A model generated the notes under the pieces. The model was not told where the DNA came from. It worked only from the letters and a program-made list of their open reading frames with translations, and searched no databases. Shown piece by piece: positions 1-10,600 of a DNA stretch of 64,000 nt. This DNA comes from an uncultured Veillonellaceae bacterium (GTDB taxonomy: Bacteria; Bacillota; Negativicutes; JARBTT01), in the NCBI GenBank assembly GCA_963805085.1, contig CAWDTA010000003.1, forward strand, positions 224,001-288,000, in the 5' to 3' direction. Position 1 is the stretch's first letter. Every line of letters starts with the position of its first letter. The translations under genes were made by a program, and so were the position numbers.

Positions 1-2
1 CA

Positions 3-3000
3 GCGACAACATTAGGCATGAGTGCTGCAATACATCCACTATTGCAGCAAAATACATCAGACTTTTCCGAACAGCGCTTTACATCAACCTTTACTGGTCA
101 GGAGTTTTTCCTGGCGGATCATGTAGTGAAGGGGCAGCGGGTTTTACCTGGGGTGGCCTATCTTGAAATGGCCCGGGCCGCGGTGAAGCAAGCAACAGGA
201 GCTCTAGAAGAAGATCAGACAGGGATACGGCTGGAAAATGTAGTATGGGTTCGACCTGTTGTGGTGGGAGAACAGCCGATAAAGGTGCACATTGGGCTCT
301 TCCCTGAAGATAACGGCGAGATTACCTTTGAGATATATAGTGATTCAGAAGAGGCTGGCACCGAGCCTATAGTGCACAGCCAGGGTAGAGTCGTGCTGGG
401 ATCGGTTCGAAAAGCGCAGGTTTTGGATCTGCCAGCCTTACAAGCTCAGTGTAGCCAAAGTACTCTGTCATCCAGTCAATGCTACGAGGCTTTTAAGGTG
501 ATGGGGATCGGCTATGGATCAGCATACCGAGGAATTGAAATGGTTTATGTAGGTTCGGATCAGGTCTTGGCAAAATTATCTTTGCCTTTATCCGTTTCCA
601 ATACCCAGGAACAGTTTGTCCTCCATCCCAGTTTGATGGATTCGGCATTACAGGCGTCACTGGGACTGATCATGAGTTCTGGTGATGGAATCATCAGAAC
701 GGCTCCCCTCGAACCAGCCTTGCCCTTTGCTTTGCAGGAGATTGAGATTCTTGGCAATTGCACCTCTGCGATGTGGACGCTGATTCGTTATGCTGACGGC
801 AGTAAAGCTGGGGATAAGGTGCAGAAACTTGATATTGATTTGTATGACGTTCAAGGGAATGCTTGTGTGCGAATGAAGGGATTATCATTCAGAGTGCTGG
901 AGGGAGAGGTGGTTTCAGTAAGATCCTCGGCCATACCCGGGACGTTAATGCTGCACCCTTGCTGGAAAGAACAAGCAGTTATCCGAGAAATCATCGTTCC
1001 TGACTATGTTCAGCATGTGGTAGTGCTCTGTGAAATCAATAATATTTCTCCGGAAACTATCGAAACTCAAATAAACGGGGTGCGCTGCCTCACACCAGCG
1101 TCTAAATATAAAGGCATTGGGGAACGGTTCCAAGACTATGCCACCCAAGTGTTTGAAGAAATCCAGAGCATTCTTAAGGTCAAGCCTGCGGAACATGTGT
1201 TAGTACAGATTGTCACTTGCAATCAAGGAGAACAACAACTTTTCGCTGGAATTTTAGGACTATTGAAAACAGCCCAATTAGAAAATCCTAAGCTATTCGG
1301 GCAACTGGTTGAAATAGAACCAGATGAAGCTACGGAAGGAATCATCGAGAAACTGCAGGAGAACAGCCAGAAATCCATGGATAATCGTGTGCGCTACAAA
1401 GATGGCAAACGATATGTGGCCGTATTACGTGAATTGGAAACTTCCCGTGAAGCAGTAGGGATTCCTTGGAAAGACCAGGGTATCTACCTGATTACTGGCG
1501 GTGCCGGCAGGTTGGGACTCATTTTTGCTAAAGAAATTGCGCATCAAGTTGGGGATGCTACACTGGTTCTCACGGGCAGATCGCCCCTTGACGAGAAGAA
1601 GAAAGCTGAGCTAAAGGAGCTGCAGGATTTTGGTACTCGGATCGAATATAGGCAAGTGGACGTGACCAAAGAGAAGGCGGTTGTTAACTTAATCCAAAGC
1701 ATCCAGGCTGACTTTGGCGGTATCAACGGCATCATCCATAGTGCGGGCGTGATTCAGGACAACTTTATCATTAAAAAAACTAGGGAAGACCTACAAGAAG
1801 TGTTGGCTCCTAAAGTCACTGGTTTGGTGCATCTGGATCGGGCGAGCCGGGAGTTGAAGCTCGACTTTTTCATCCTCTTTTCCTCCATAGCAGGAAGACT
1901 AGGCAACCCAGCTCAGGCCGATTACGCGGCTGCCAATGCCTTTATGGATGCCTATGCCAAGTATCGCAATACTCTGGTGTCATCAAAACAATGCCACGGT
2001 CAAACCTTGTCAATTAACTGGCCTCTGTGGCAAGAGGGGGGGATGCGCGTTGATGCAGAAAATGAAAAGATGATGAGGCAAAGTACAGGTATGATTGCCA
2101 TGCAGACATCAACTGGCATCAGAACTTTGTATCAAAGCATAGCCTTTGCCAAAGATCAGGTGATGGTGCTGGAAGGCAATGTGGTGCAATTAAGGCACTG
2201 GCTAGAATTGAATTTGGCCTCCCGCAAGATCACAAACCCAAAAGAAAAAAACAGTGCAGTTGATGATTCCCTAGAAGTACAAACCTTGAATTTTGTTAAA
2301 GAAATTCTGGCGAATGAAATTAAACTATCCCAAGAAAGGATTCAGATAGATATTCCGTTTGAAAAATATGGAGTAGATTCTATTGTGCAAATGAATCTGA
2401 TCCGAGAGATAGAGAAGGTAACAGGTGAGCTTTCAAAAACCCTACTATTTGAATATAGCAATATTCAGGAACTAGTAGAATATCTTGTGAAAAATCATGG
2501 AAATAAGTTGATGGAATCGATTGCATTAGAAAACGATAAAGTTTTAAAGCAAGAGACAGCTATCCTCCCGGGATTTTCGGAAGATAAATCCCAAACTTTG
2601 CAAAAGAGGCACCGTTTTACAAACTTCACAAAAGCAGAATCTTCCTTAACAATACAAAAAACAGAAGATATTGCAATAATTGGCATTAGCGGACGCTATC
2701 CCTTATCAAATACGCTGGAAGAACTCTGGGAGCATTTGAAAGATGGAGATAATTGTATTACTGAAGCTCCCGCGGATCGATGGAATATTTCGTTAACCAC
2801 GGTATTGACCGAAGATCAATTACAGCATCAAAATCAAAGGTATTATGGTGGTTTCTTAGATCATATTAATCACTTTGACCATAATTTGTTTGAATTTGCT
2901 CAAGAGCAGGTGATAGAACTTTCCCCGGAACTTCGATTATTTCTGGAGATTGCCTGGGAAACCTTTGAGGATGCAGGTTATAGCAAAACGTTGTTGCAAG

Positions 3001-4604
3001 AGCTGCAAACTAGAAATCACAGCGGGGTTGGGGTATTTGTAGGAACCATGTATAATCAATATTCTTGGACGATTCCTTCGTTGGAACAAGCAGTGCTAAG
3101 CTCTAATTCAACTGACTGGCAAATTGCCAATCGTACTTCTCATTTCTTTAATCTCACCGGCCCAAGTATAGCAGTCAATTCCGCGTGTTCCAGTTCTTTA
3201 ACCGCAATTCATCTGGCTTGTGAAAGTCTAAAACAGAGGAGTTGTTCTATGGCCATAGCCGGTGGGGTTAATTTAACGTTAGATCCCTCTAAATATAAAG
3301 GGCTACAACAGATAAAATTTTTAGGGAGTGGCAACCAAAGTAAAAGTTTTGGAACTGGTAATGGATATATTCCAGGGGAAGGTGTAGGTGCAGTACTGCT
3401 AAAACCGCTTTCTCTAGCGATTAAAGATGGTGATCGGATTCATGCGGTAATTAAAAGCAGCTTTATCAATCACAGTGGGGGCCGACAGGCGTATACCGCT
3501 CCCGAGCCAAAGCAGCAGGCTCAATTGATTACAGAGTCAATGCGGCGTTCGGAAATTGATCCGCTAACCATTGGTTATGTTGAATCAGCGGCTAATGGTT
3601 CGGATTTGGGGGATCCCATTGAGATAGTTGCCCTCAATAATGCGTTCAAGCGATATACCGAAAAACAACAATTTTGTGCACTGGGGTCTGTTAAATCTAA
3701 TCTAGGACACTTGGAAGCAGCCTCCGGAATTTCTCAGCTTAGCAAAGTAATCTTACAAATGAAACACAAAACATTGGTACCAACGATCAATGCGAATCCT
3801 CAAAATCCCAATATCAAGTTGGAACACACTGCGTTTTATCTTCAAAAAGAAACCAGGCCATGGAATCAAACTATTGATGCTCACACTGGAAAAAAACTAC
3901 CCCGAAGGAGCATGATTAATTCCTTTGGCGCAGGAGGAGCTTACGCGAATTTGATTATCGAAGAATTCATGGGAGAAGTTCCAATGAAGGGGTTGAGTAT
4001 ATCTTTACCACCGGAGCAACTCATCATATTTTCAGCAAAAACGAAATGGAGTATGATGAGGTATATTGAAAAAATGCAAGAATTTTTGCAGAAAAACTCC
4101 TCTGTTGACATAGCCGATGTTGCTCGATTATTACAAAAAGTCAACCATAACCTGGAGTATAGGGCTACGATTATAGTGTCGTCTATCCGAGAGTTTGTTG
4201 AAAAACTAAATCTTCTCCAAGAATCAAGAGACAATTTGACAGATTCAAATATTTGTATCTCTTCAGGATTTGAAATGGATACTAATGATACAAAGTCATT
4301 AATTATACAGCAAGCATTGGAAAAAAAGGATGTAAGGCAATTAGCACAGCTTTGGATAGCCGGTGCAACAATAGATTTTGGGCAACTTAATGAGAATTCG
4401 GGGACTCCCGCGATAGATTTACCCAAATATGCTTTTGAACATCATATTACGTTTGATTTTAATAATAATTATCTGATAAATAAGGAAGATGAAACTGCAA
4501 AATGTGATGACGAGTTTTATCGAATTCTTTTAGAGAAAATAGCCAAAGGTGAATTATCAGAAGATGAGTTTGCAGATGCAATTAATCTGGCAATTATTGA
4601 ATAA
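3..4604 (+). CDS. trans-AT polyketide synthase, 5'-partial: DH-KR-ACP-KS0-C-terminal docking helices
   Basis: Frame is open from the window edge, so the true start lies upstream. DH: ADHVVKGQRVLPG/DSALQ. KR: GGAGRLG, HSAGVIQD, YAAAN. ACP: YGVDSI. KS has NSACSSS, but HGTGT is replaced by SAANGS (non-elongating). No AT domain. Confidence 0.95.
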   Translation, partial: ATTLGMSAAIHPLLQQNTSDFSEQRFTSTFTGQEFFLADHVVKGQRVLPGVAYLEMARAAVKQATGALEEDQTGIRLENVVWVRPVVVGEQPIKVHIGLFPEDNGEITFEIYSDSEEAGTEPIVHSQGRVVLGSVRKAQVLDLPALQAQCSQSTLSSSQCYEAFKVMGIGYGSAYRGIEMVYVGSDQVLAKLSLPLSVSNTQEQFVLHPSLMDSALQASLGLIMSSGDGIIRTAPLEPALPFALQEIEILGNCTSAMWTLIRYADGSKAGDKVQKLDIDLYDVQGNACVRMKGLSFRVLEGEVVSVRSSAIPGTLMLHPCWKEQAVIREIIVPDYVQHVVVLCEINNISPETIETQINGVRCLTPASKYKGIGERFQDYATQVFEEIQSILKVKPAEHVLVQIVTCNQGEQQLFAGILGLLKTAQLENPKLFGQLVEIEPDEATEGIIEKLQENSQKSMDNRVRYKDGKRYVAVLRELETSREAVGIPWKDQGIYLITGGAGRLGLIFAKEIAHQVGDATLVLTGRSPLDEKKKAELKELQDFGTRIEYRQVDVTKEKAVVNLIQSIQADFGGINGIIHSAGVIQDNFIIKKTREDLQEVLAPKVTGLVHLDRASRELKLDFFILFSSIAGRLGNPAQADYAAANAFMDAYAKYRNTLVSSKQCHGQTLSINWPLWQEGGMRVDAENEKMMRQSTGMIAMQTSTGIRTLYQSIAFAKDQVMVLEGNVVQLRHWLELNLASRKITNPKEKNSAVDDSLEVQTLNFVKEILANEIKLSQERIQIDIPFEKYGVDSIVQMNLIREIEKVTGELSKTLLFEYSNIQELVEYLVKNHGNKLMESIALENDKVLKQETAILPGFSEDKSQTLQKRHRFTNFTKAESSLTIQKTEDIAIIGISGRYPLSNTLEELWEHLKDGDNCITEAPADRWNISLTTVLTEDQLQHQNQRYYGGFLDHINHFDHNLFEFAQEQVIELSPELRLFLEIAWETFEDAGYSKTLLQELQTRNHSGVGVFVGTMYNQYSWTIPSLEQAVLSSNSTDWQIANRTSHFFNLTGPSIAVNSACSSSLTAIHLACESLKQRSCSMAIAGGVNLTLDPSKYKGLQQIKFLGSGNQSKSFGTGNGYIPGEGVGAVLLKPLSLAIKDGDRIHAVIKSSFINHSGGRQAYTAPEPKQQAQLITESMRRSEIDPLTIGYVESAANGSDLGDPIEIVALNNAFKRYTEKQQFCALGSVKSNLGHLEAASGISQLSKVILQMKHKTLVPTINANPQNPNIKLEHTAFYLQKETRPWNQTIDAHTGKKLPRRSMINSFGAGGAYANLIIEEFMGEVPMKGLSISLPPEQLIIFSAKTKWSMMRYIEKMQEFLQKNSSVDIADVARLLQKVNHNLEYRATIIVSSIREFVEKLNLLQESRDNLTDSNICISSGFEMDTNDTKSLIIQQALEKKDVRQLAQLWIAGATIDFGQLNENSGTPAIDLPKYAFEHHITFDFNNNYLINKEDETAKCDDEFYRILLEKIAKGELSEDEFADAINLAIIE

Positions 4605-4681
4605 CCTTTATAAAGATTCGACTGCCATTTTGCTGGGTAAAGTACCATGTCCAGCATGTGTTAGAAGGGGGAGAAATAGAA

Positions 4682-7600
4682 ATGGATAATCAACTTAGTT
4701 CTTTATATCAACAGATAAGAGAAAGAAAAATAAGTCAAGAAGAAGCTTTGCGGCAAATTAAGGGATTTACGGATCAGTATTGCCTCAAAACTACTATGTC
4801 ATCGAACCTTGGGAATGATCGTAATTTTGTTCCTGAAATTTATGTATATGAGGAACCTTATCTGAGAGATCATACAGTTTACAATGAACGAGTACTCCTC
4901 GGAGTGACTTATGGCAGCTTAGCAATCAATGCTTTTTTTCATATTTTCCCAAAAGAAAACAACGTTCATCTTCATCGTCTAAGTTTTACCAAAGCTGTTC
5001 AAGTACAAAAAAATCAATGCGTGGAAGTTCAAGTTGAAGCAGTTCCCAAAGGACCCATAATGGATTTTCAAGTTAGGTATCGTTATGCATTATCTGCGAC
5101 ATGGGTTTTGGCTGCTTCGGGCAATTTACAACAAGGTTCCTTTGAAATGAGAAAAATAGATATAGAAAATATCAAAGATTCTCTACTAGAATTGCACCAT
5201 TTTAGTCCGATTTATACAAGCAATCCAGCTATTGGATTGGGTGACAGCTTTAAACCTATCACTCATATTTTTACGGGAAAAGATCAGGTGCTTGCAAGGG
5301 TTGTATTAAGTCAAACAACACGAGCGGAAAAGCATGAGTATGTTTTGCATCCACTCATTATCAATAGTGCTTTTCTGGCAGTGAATTCTTTACTCAAAAA
5401 AGCAGATATGGAAGAAGGCTTTTTACCATTTGGAATTAAAGATATGTATTGCAAAAAAAACGGTAGGCTAGAACAATGTTGGGTGCTTGTAAGATTAGTC
5501 AAGAATTCAGGAGAAATGATTATTTTTGATGCAGAGGTAATTGATGATCAGTCGCAGGTTGTGGCCCATCTTGCAGGATGCTCTATAAAACGACTGCGTT
5601 CTGAAGGACAAGTTTCTTTACAAGATCATTTGATGGTCGATTTTCCAGAATTACAACAGCAAAAACGGATGGCTACAGAAGGAAATCAATTGGAAAAATT
5701 GACAAATACGACCGATCTTAAGAATAAAATAAAAAAATATTTAATTCATAAGGTAAGTAAGATTATACCTGAATTTTTAAACCTTCAGAACTTTACGGCG
5801 AACCTCATGGACTTGGGATTGCAATCTTCCCAGCTGATTGCAATGACTGATGAGATTAAACAGGAAACAAACGTTGAATTATATCCAACGTTATTTTTCG
5901 AATACCCTAGTATTGAAGAACTTGTGGAATACTTTGCGCAAGAGCACCAAGAATCATTCATTCAATTATTAGGAATTGATGAAAAAAAATCTCGGGTTTC
6001 TGAGAATATCCCTAAAGTTCAAACATTCATTCCCTCAAAGGACGCTCAGGAAAATTTACAATCCAAGCCTATATTGCAAATACCTACTAATACATACGCG
6101 GAGCCAAGTAGAGATGATATTGCGATAATTGGGATGCATGGTTTGTTTGCAGAGGCTTCTCATTTGAATCAGTTCTGGCAAAATCTATGTGATAAAAAAG
6201 ATTTAATAAAGGAAATCCCTATTGATCATTGGAATTATCAGCCTTGGTATGATAAGAACCCGGAAACAAAAGATAAAACCTATTGTAAATGGGGGAGCTT
6301 TATCGATGATGTCGATAAATTTGATGCCGATTTTTTTAATATTTCTCGCCGCGAAGCTGAGTGGATGGATCCCCAGCTTCGATTATTGTTGCAAAGTATT
6401 TACTCCACAGGAGAGGATGCCGGGTATATCAATCAATTGCGAGGGACGAATACAGGCGTATTTGTGGGGGTCTGTTTTCATGATTACGCGGATAAGATTG
6501 CGGAGATGAACATACCTGTGGATCCCTATATGGGAACAGGAAATGTACAAACGGTAATCGCTAATCGTGTTTCATTTTTATTTGACTTTACGGGTCCCAG
6601 CATTGCCGTAGATACGGCCTGTTCCTCTTCTTTGTTTGCTTTACATTATGCCTGTCAGGCTTTGCGCAATAAAGAATGTAATATGGCTTTTGTGGGAGGC
6701 GTAAATTTGCTTTTGGCTTCTGCTCATTATCGTTATTTTTCCAGTATTGGCGCTTTATCACCCACGGGACGTTGTCATACTTTTGATGAAGCGGCCGATG
6801 GCTATGTTCCGGGGGAATGCATTGCCAGTATCTTGTTGAAACCATTAGAGCAAGCCAGAAGAGATGGCGATCATATTTATGCAGTTATTAAAGGTTCAGC
6901 CGCTTTGCATGGGGGATATACCCCTTCTTTAACCGCACCGAGTGTTGAAGGTGAAGAAAATGTTATTTTGAAAGCATGGGAAGATGCTGGAATCAATCCT
7001 GAAACCCTAACTTATATCGAAGCCCATGGTACAGGCACAAAACTAGGCGATCCGATTGAAATTAACAGTCTAAAAAAAGCATTCAAGAGATTTACCGATA
7101 AAGAGCAATTCTGTGCAGTAGGATCTGCCAAGGCCCATATCGGTCATGCTGAAGGTGCAGCAGGAATTGCAGCAATTATAAAAGTTATTATGCAAATGAA
7201 ACAAAAGCAAATCCCTGCTATGCCGCAGTTTAAAAAGTTGAATCCGTACATTCAGTTGGCTAAATCAGCGCTTTATATTAATCATGAAATTGAAGAATGG
7301 AAAAGCTCGTCCGGCATACCAAGGCGGGCCGGAGTGAATTCTTTTGGCTTTTCAGGGGCCAATGCCCATGTTGTGATCGAAGAATACATACCTAAAGAAC
7401 AGGTACAATCTCCAATTACGGTCACTACCGGGAATCCGGCTATTATTGTACTGTCAGCCAAGAATAAAGAACGACTCCAAGAACAGGTGCAGCAATTATT
7501 GGCTGCAATCCAGACACAGCAGTTTACGGATAGCGATTTGACTGACATGGCTTACACTCTCCAAGTAGGGCGCGAGGCAATGGAAGAGCGCCTGGGATTA

Positions 7601-10600
7601 ATTGTAGGATCCATCGAAGAACTTGAAGAGAAATTACAGGGGTTTGTGGAAGGTAAGGATGGTATTGAAGATCTATACCAGGGACAGGTCAAACAGAATA
7701 AAGATACTGTTGCCCTGTTTGCGGCAGATGAAGATTTACAAAATGCAGTTGAGTTTTGGGTAAGCAAGGAAAAATATGAGAAACTTCTAACTTTCTGGGT
7801 TAAGGGTCTCGTTTTCGATTGGAACAAACTTTATGGCGACAACAAGCCTCAGCGTATCAGTCTGCCAACCTATCCTTTTGCTAGAGAACGTTATTGGATA
7901 CATGAGGCAGAAACGAAAGCAAGGCAAACCATATCTGCCGCTATTCATCCTTTGTTGCAGCAAAACACCTCCGACTTCTACGAACAGCGATTTAGTTCGA
8001 CATTTACAGGTCAGGAGTTTTTCCTAGCCGATCATGTTGTGAAAGGTCAACGGGTTTTGCCCGGAGTTACCTATCTTGAAATGGCTCGTGAGGCGGTGGA
8101 GCAGGCAGTAGGAGCCTTGGAAGAAAGGCAGACTGGGATACAGCTTAAAAAGGTGGTATGGGTTCGCCCCATTATTGTAGGGGAACAACCGAAGCAGGTA
8201 CACATCAGGCTGTTCCCGGAAGAAAACGGGGAAATTGTCTATGAAATCTATAGCGAGACGGAAGGAAACGATGCAGAAACTGTAATGCACAGCCAGGGCA
8301 AAGCGGTACTGATGAAGATCGGCGAGGTTCCAACCCTAGATATTCAGGCATTAATAGCCCAGTGCAGTCAAAGCACACTCTCCGTTGATCAATGCTACAA
8401 GCATATACTGTCAACAGGTCTTGATATCGGTTCACGTCTCCAGGGAATAGAGAAGCTTTATGTAGGTTCGGGGCAAGTGCTGGCCAAGCTCGTCCTGCAA
8501 CCCGACGTCTACGACACGCAATCCCAGTTTTTTTTGCATCCCAGTCTAATGGATTCAGCCTTGCAAGCTTCGGTAGGTTTTTTGTTTGGCCATTTAGATA
8601 CAGATAAACCGGTACTGCCTTTCTCTGTTGAAGAGCTTGAGATTTTTGGACGATGTACCCCTGTGATGTGGGCCTTGGTCCACCAACACGAGGAAAATGC
8701 AGCAGGGGATAAAGTACTAAAATTTGATATCGATTTATGCGACGACCGAGGGAATGTCTGCGTAAGAATGAGGAAACTTTTATTTAGAATACTGGAAGGC
8801 GAAGTGAGTTTGTCAGACACTGCGATAATCTCCGAGACACTGATGCTTGAGCCAAATTGGAAAGAAGAAGCCATCGTCCAGAAAGCCATAGTTTCTGATT
8901 TTACCCAACATCTGGTAATACTATGTGAGCTGGATGATGTGATTCGGGAAAGCATTGAAAATCGCATGAACGGAATACGCTGTCTTAGCCTTAATTCCCA
9001 ATGGATGGGCATTGAGGAACGATTTCAGATCTATACAGCAAAGGTGTTTGAAGAGATTCAAAACATTTTCAAGAGTAAGCCAGTGGGGAAGGTATTAGTC
9101 CAAATTGTCGTATGTAGCCATGAGGAGCAGCAACTTTTCTCTGGGCTTTCGGGACTTTTGAACACCGCCTGTCTGGAACATACAAAACTAATAGGACAGT
9201 TAATAGAAATAGAACTAGGTGAAAATGCAGAAAGCATCGTTGAAAAACTTAGAGAGAACAGCCAAAGTCAGAATGATAAGCAAATTCGGTATCAAGGTGG
9301 AAAGCGGTATGTTGTCGGTTGGCGCGAAATTGCAGCTACCCAGGCCGAAGCAAAAATCCCTTGGCAGGACCGGGGAATCTATTTAATTACAGGCGGCGCA
9401 GGTGGTTTAGGACTCATTTTTGCTAAAGAAATTGTGCATCAAGCTAAGGATGTGACTTTGATCCTCACGGGAAGATCTCCACTGCATGGTCTGAAAGAAG
9501 TTAAGTTGCAAGAATTGGAAGTCCTGGGTACCCGAGTTATATACAAGCAGGCTGACGTGACCCAAAGGCAAGTGGTCGCCGACTTAATTCAGAGTATCCA
9601 GAAAGAGTTCGGCAGTATCAATGGCATCATTCACGGAGCGGGAGTAATAAAAGACAACTTCATCCTAGGAAAAACTAAAGAAGAACTACAAGAGGTTTTG
9701 GCGCCTAAGGTTTCAGGATTGGTGAATCTGGATCAAGCCACCAAAGATATAAAACTCGATTTCTTCATACTCTTTTCCTCGTTGGCAGGAATCCTAGGAA
9801 ATCCGGGGCAAGCCGATTATGCAGCGGCCAACGCTTTTATGGACGCTTATGCAAGGTATCGAAATGCTCTGGTGGACGTAAAACAACGACAAGGTCAAAC
9901 CCTGTCAATTAATTGGCCGCTATGGAAAGAAGGCGGCATGTGTATTGATCTAGAAACCGAAACTATGATGCGACAAAGCATGGGGATGATCGCCATGCAG
10001 ACTTCGACTGGTATTTTGGCCTTGTATCAGGGCTTAGCCTCCGGTTTAGATCAATGTATGGTAACGGAAGGCAACCTTGCACGCATGAAGCAAAAACTGC
10101 TTTCGCCGATTCCTGTCAGTGTACAACCTGAGCCAGTTTATCAAGTGTCCGATTCCATAAAGAAAATTGATACTGACAGCCTGCTGGACAAAGTGCAAGC
10201 AACTTTAGTACAAGTAATTTCCAAGTTGGTCAAAGTGGAGAGTGGAGCTATTGATTTGGCTGCTGAGCTTAGTAATTATGGATTTGATTCGATTACCTTA
10301 ACTGAATTTGCTAATAAGCTCAACAAGGAATACAAGCTTGAACTGACCCCAGCTATATTTTTTGAACATTCAAACATCCATAGTTTTGCTGAATACTTGA
10401 TTAAAGAACATCAAGCTGTGTTTGCCACAAAATTTGCGGTTCAGAGCAGGGGTGAGATTTCTGAAAAAGTGATGAAAGACAAAGAGGAAAAAAGCCCATC
10501 TGACAAGGGGCGTCGTTCACGGTTTGAAAAAATGCTGGCATTATCCGCAGCAAAACCAAATGCAAGTACCCCTGAGCCCATTGCAATTGTAGGTATGAGT

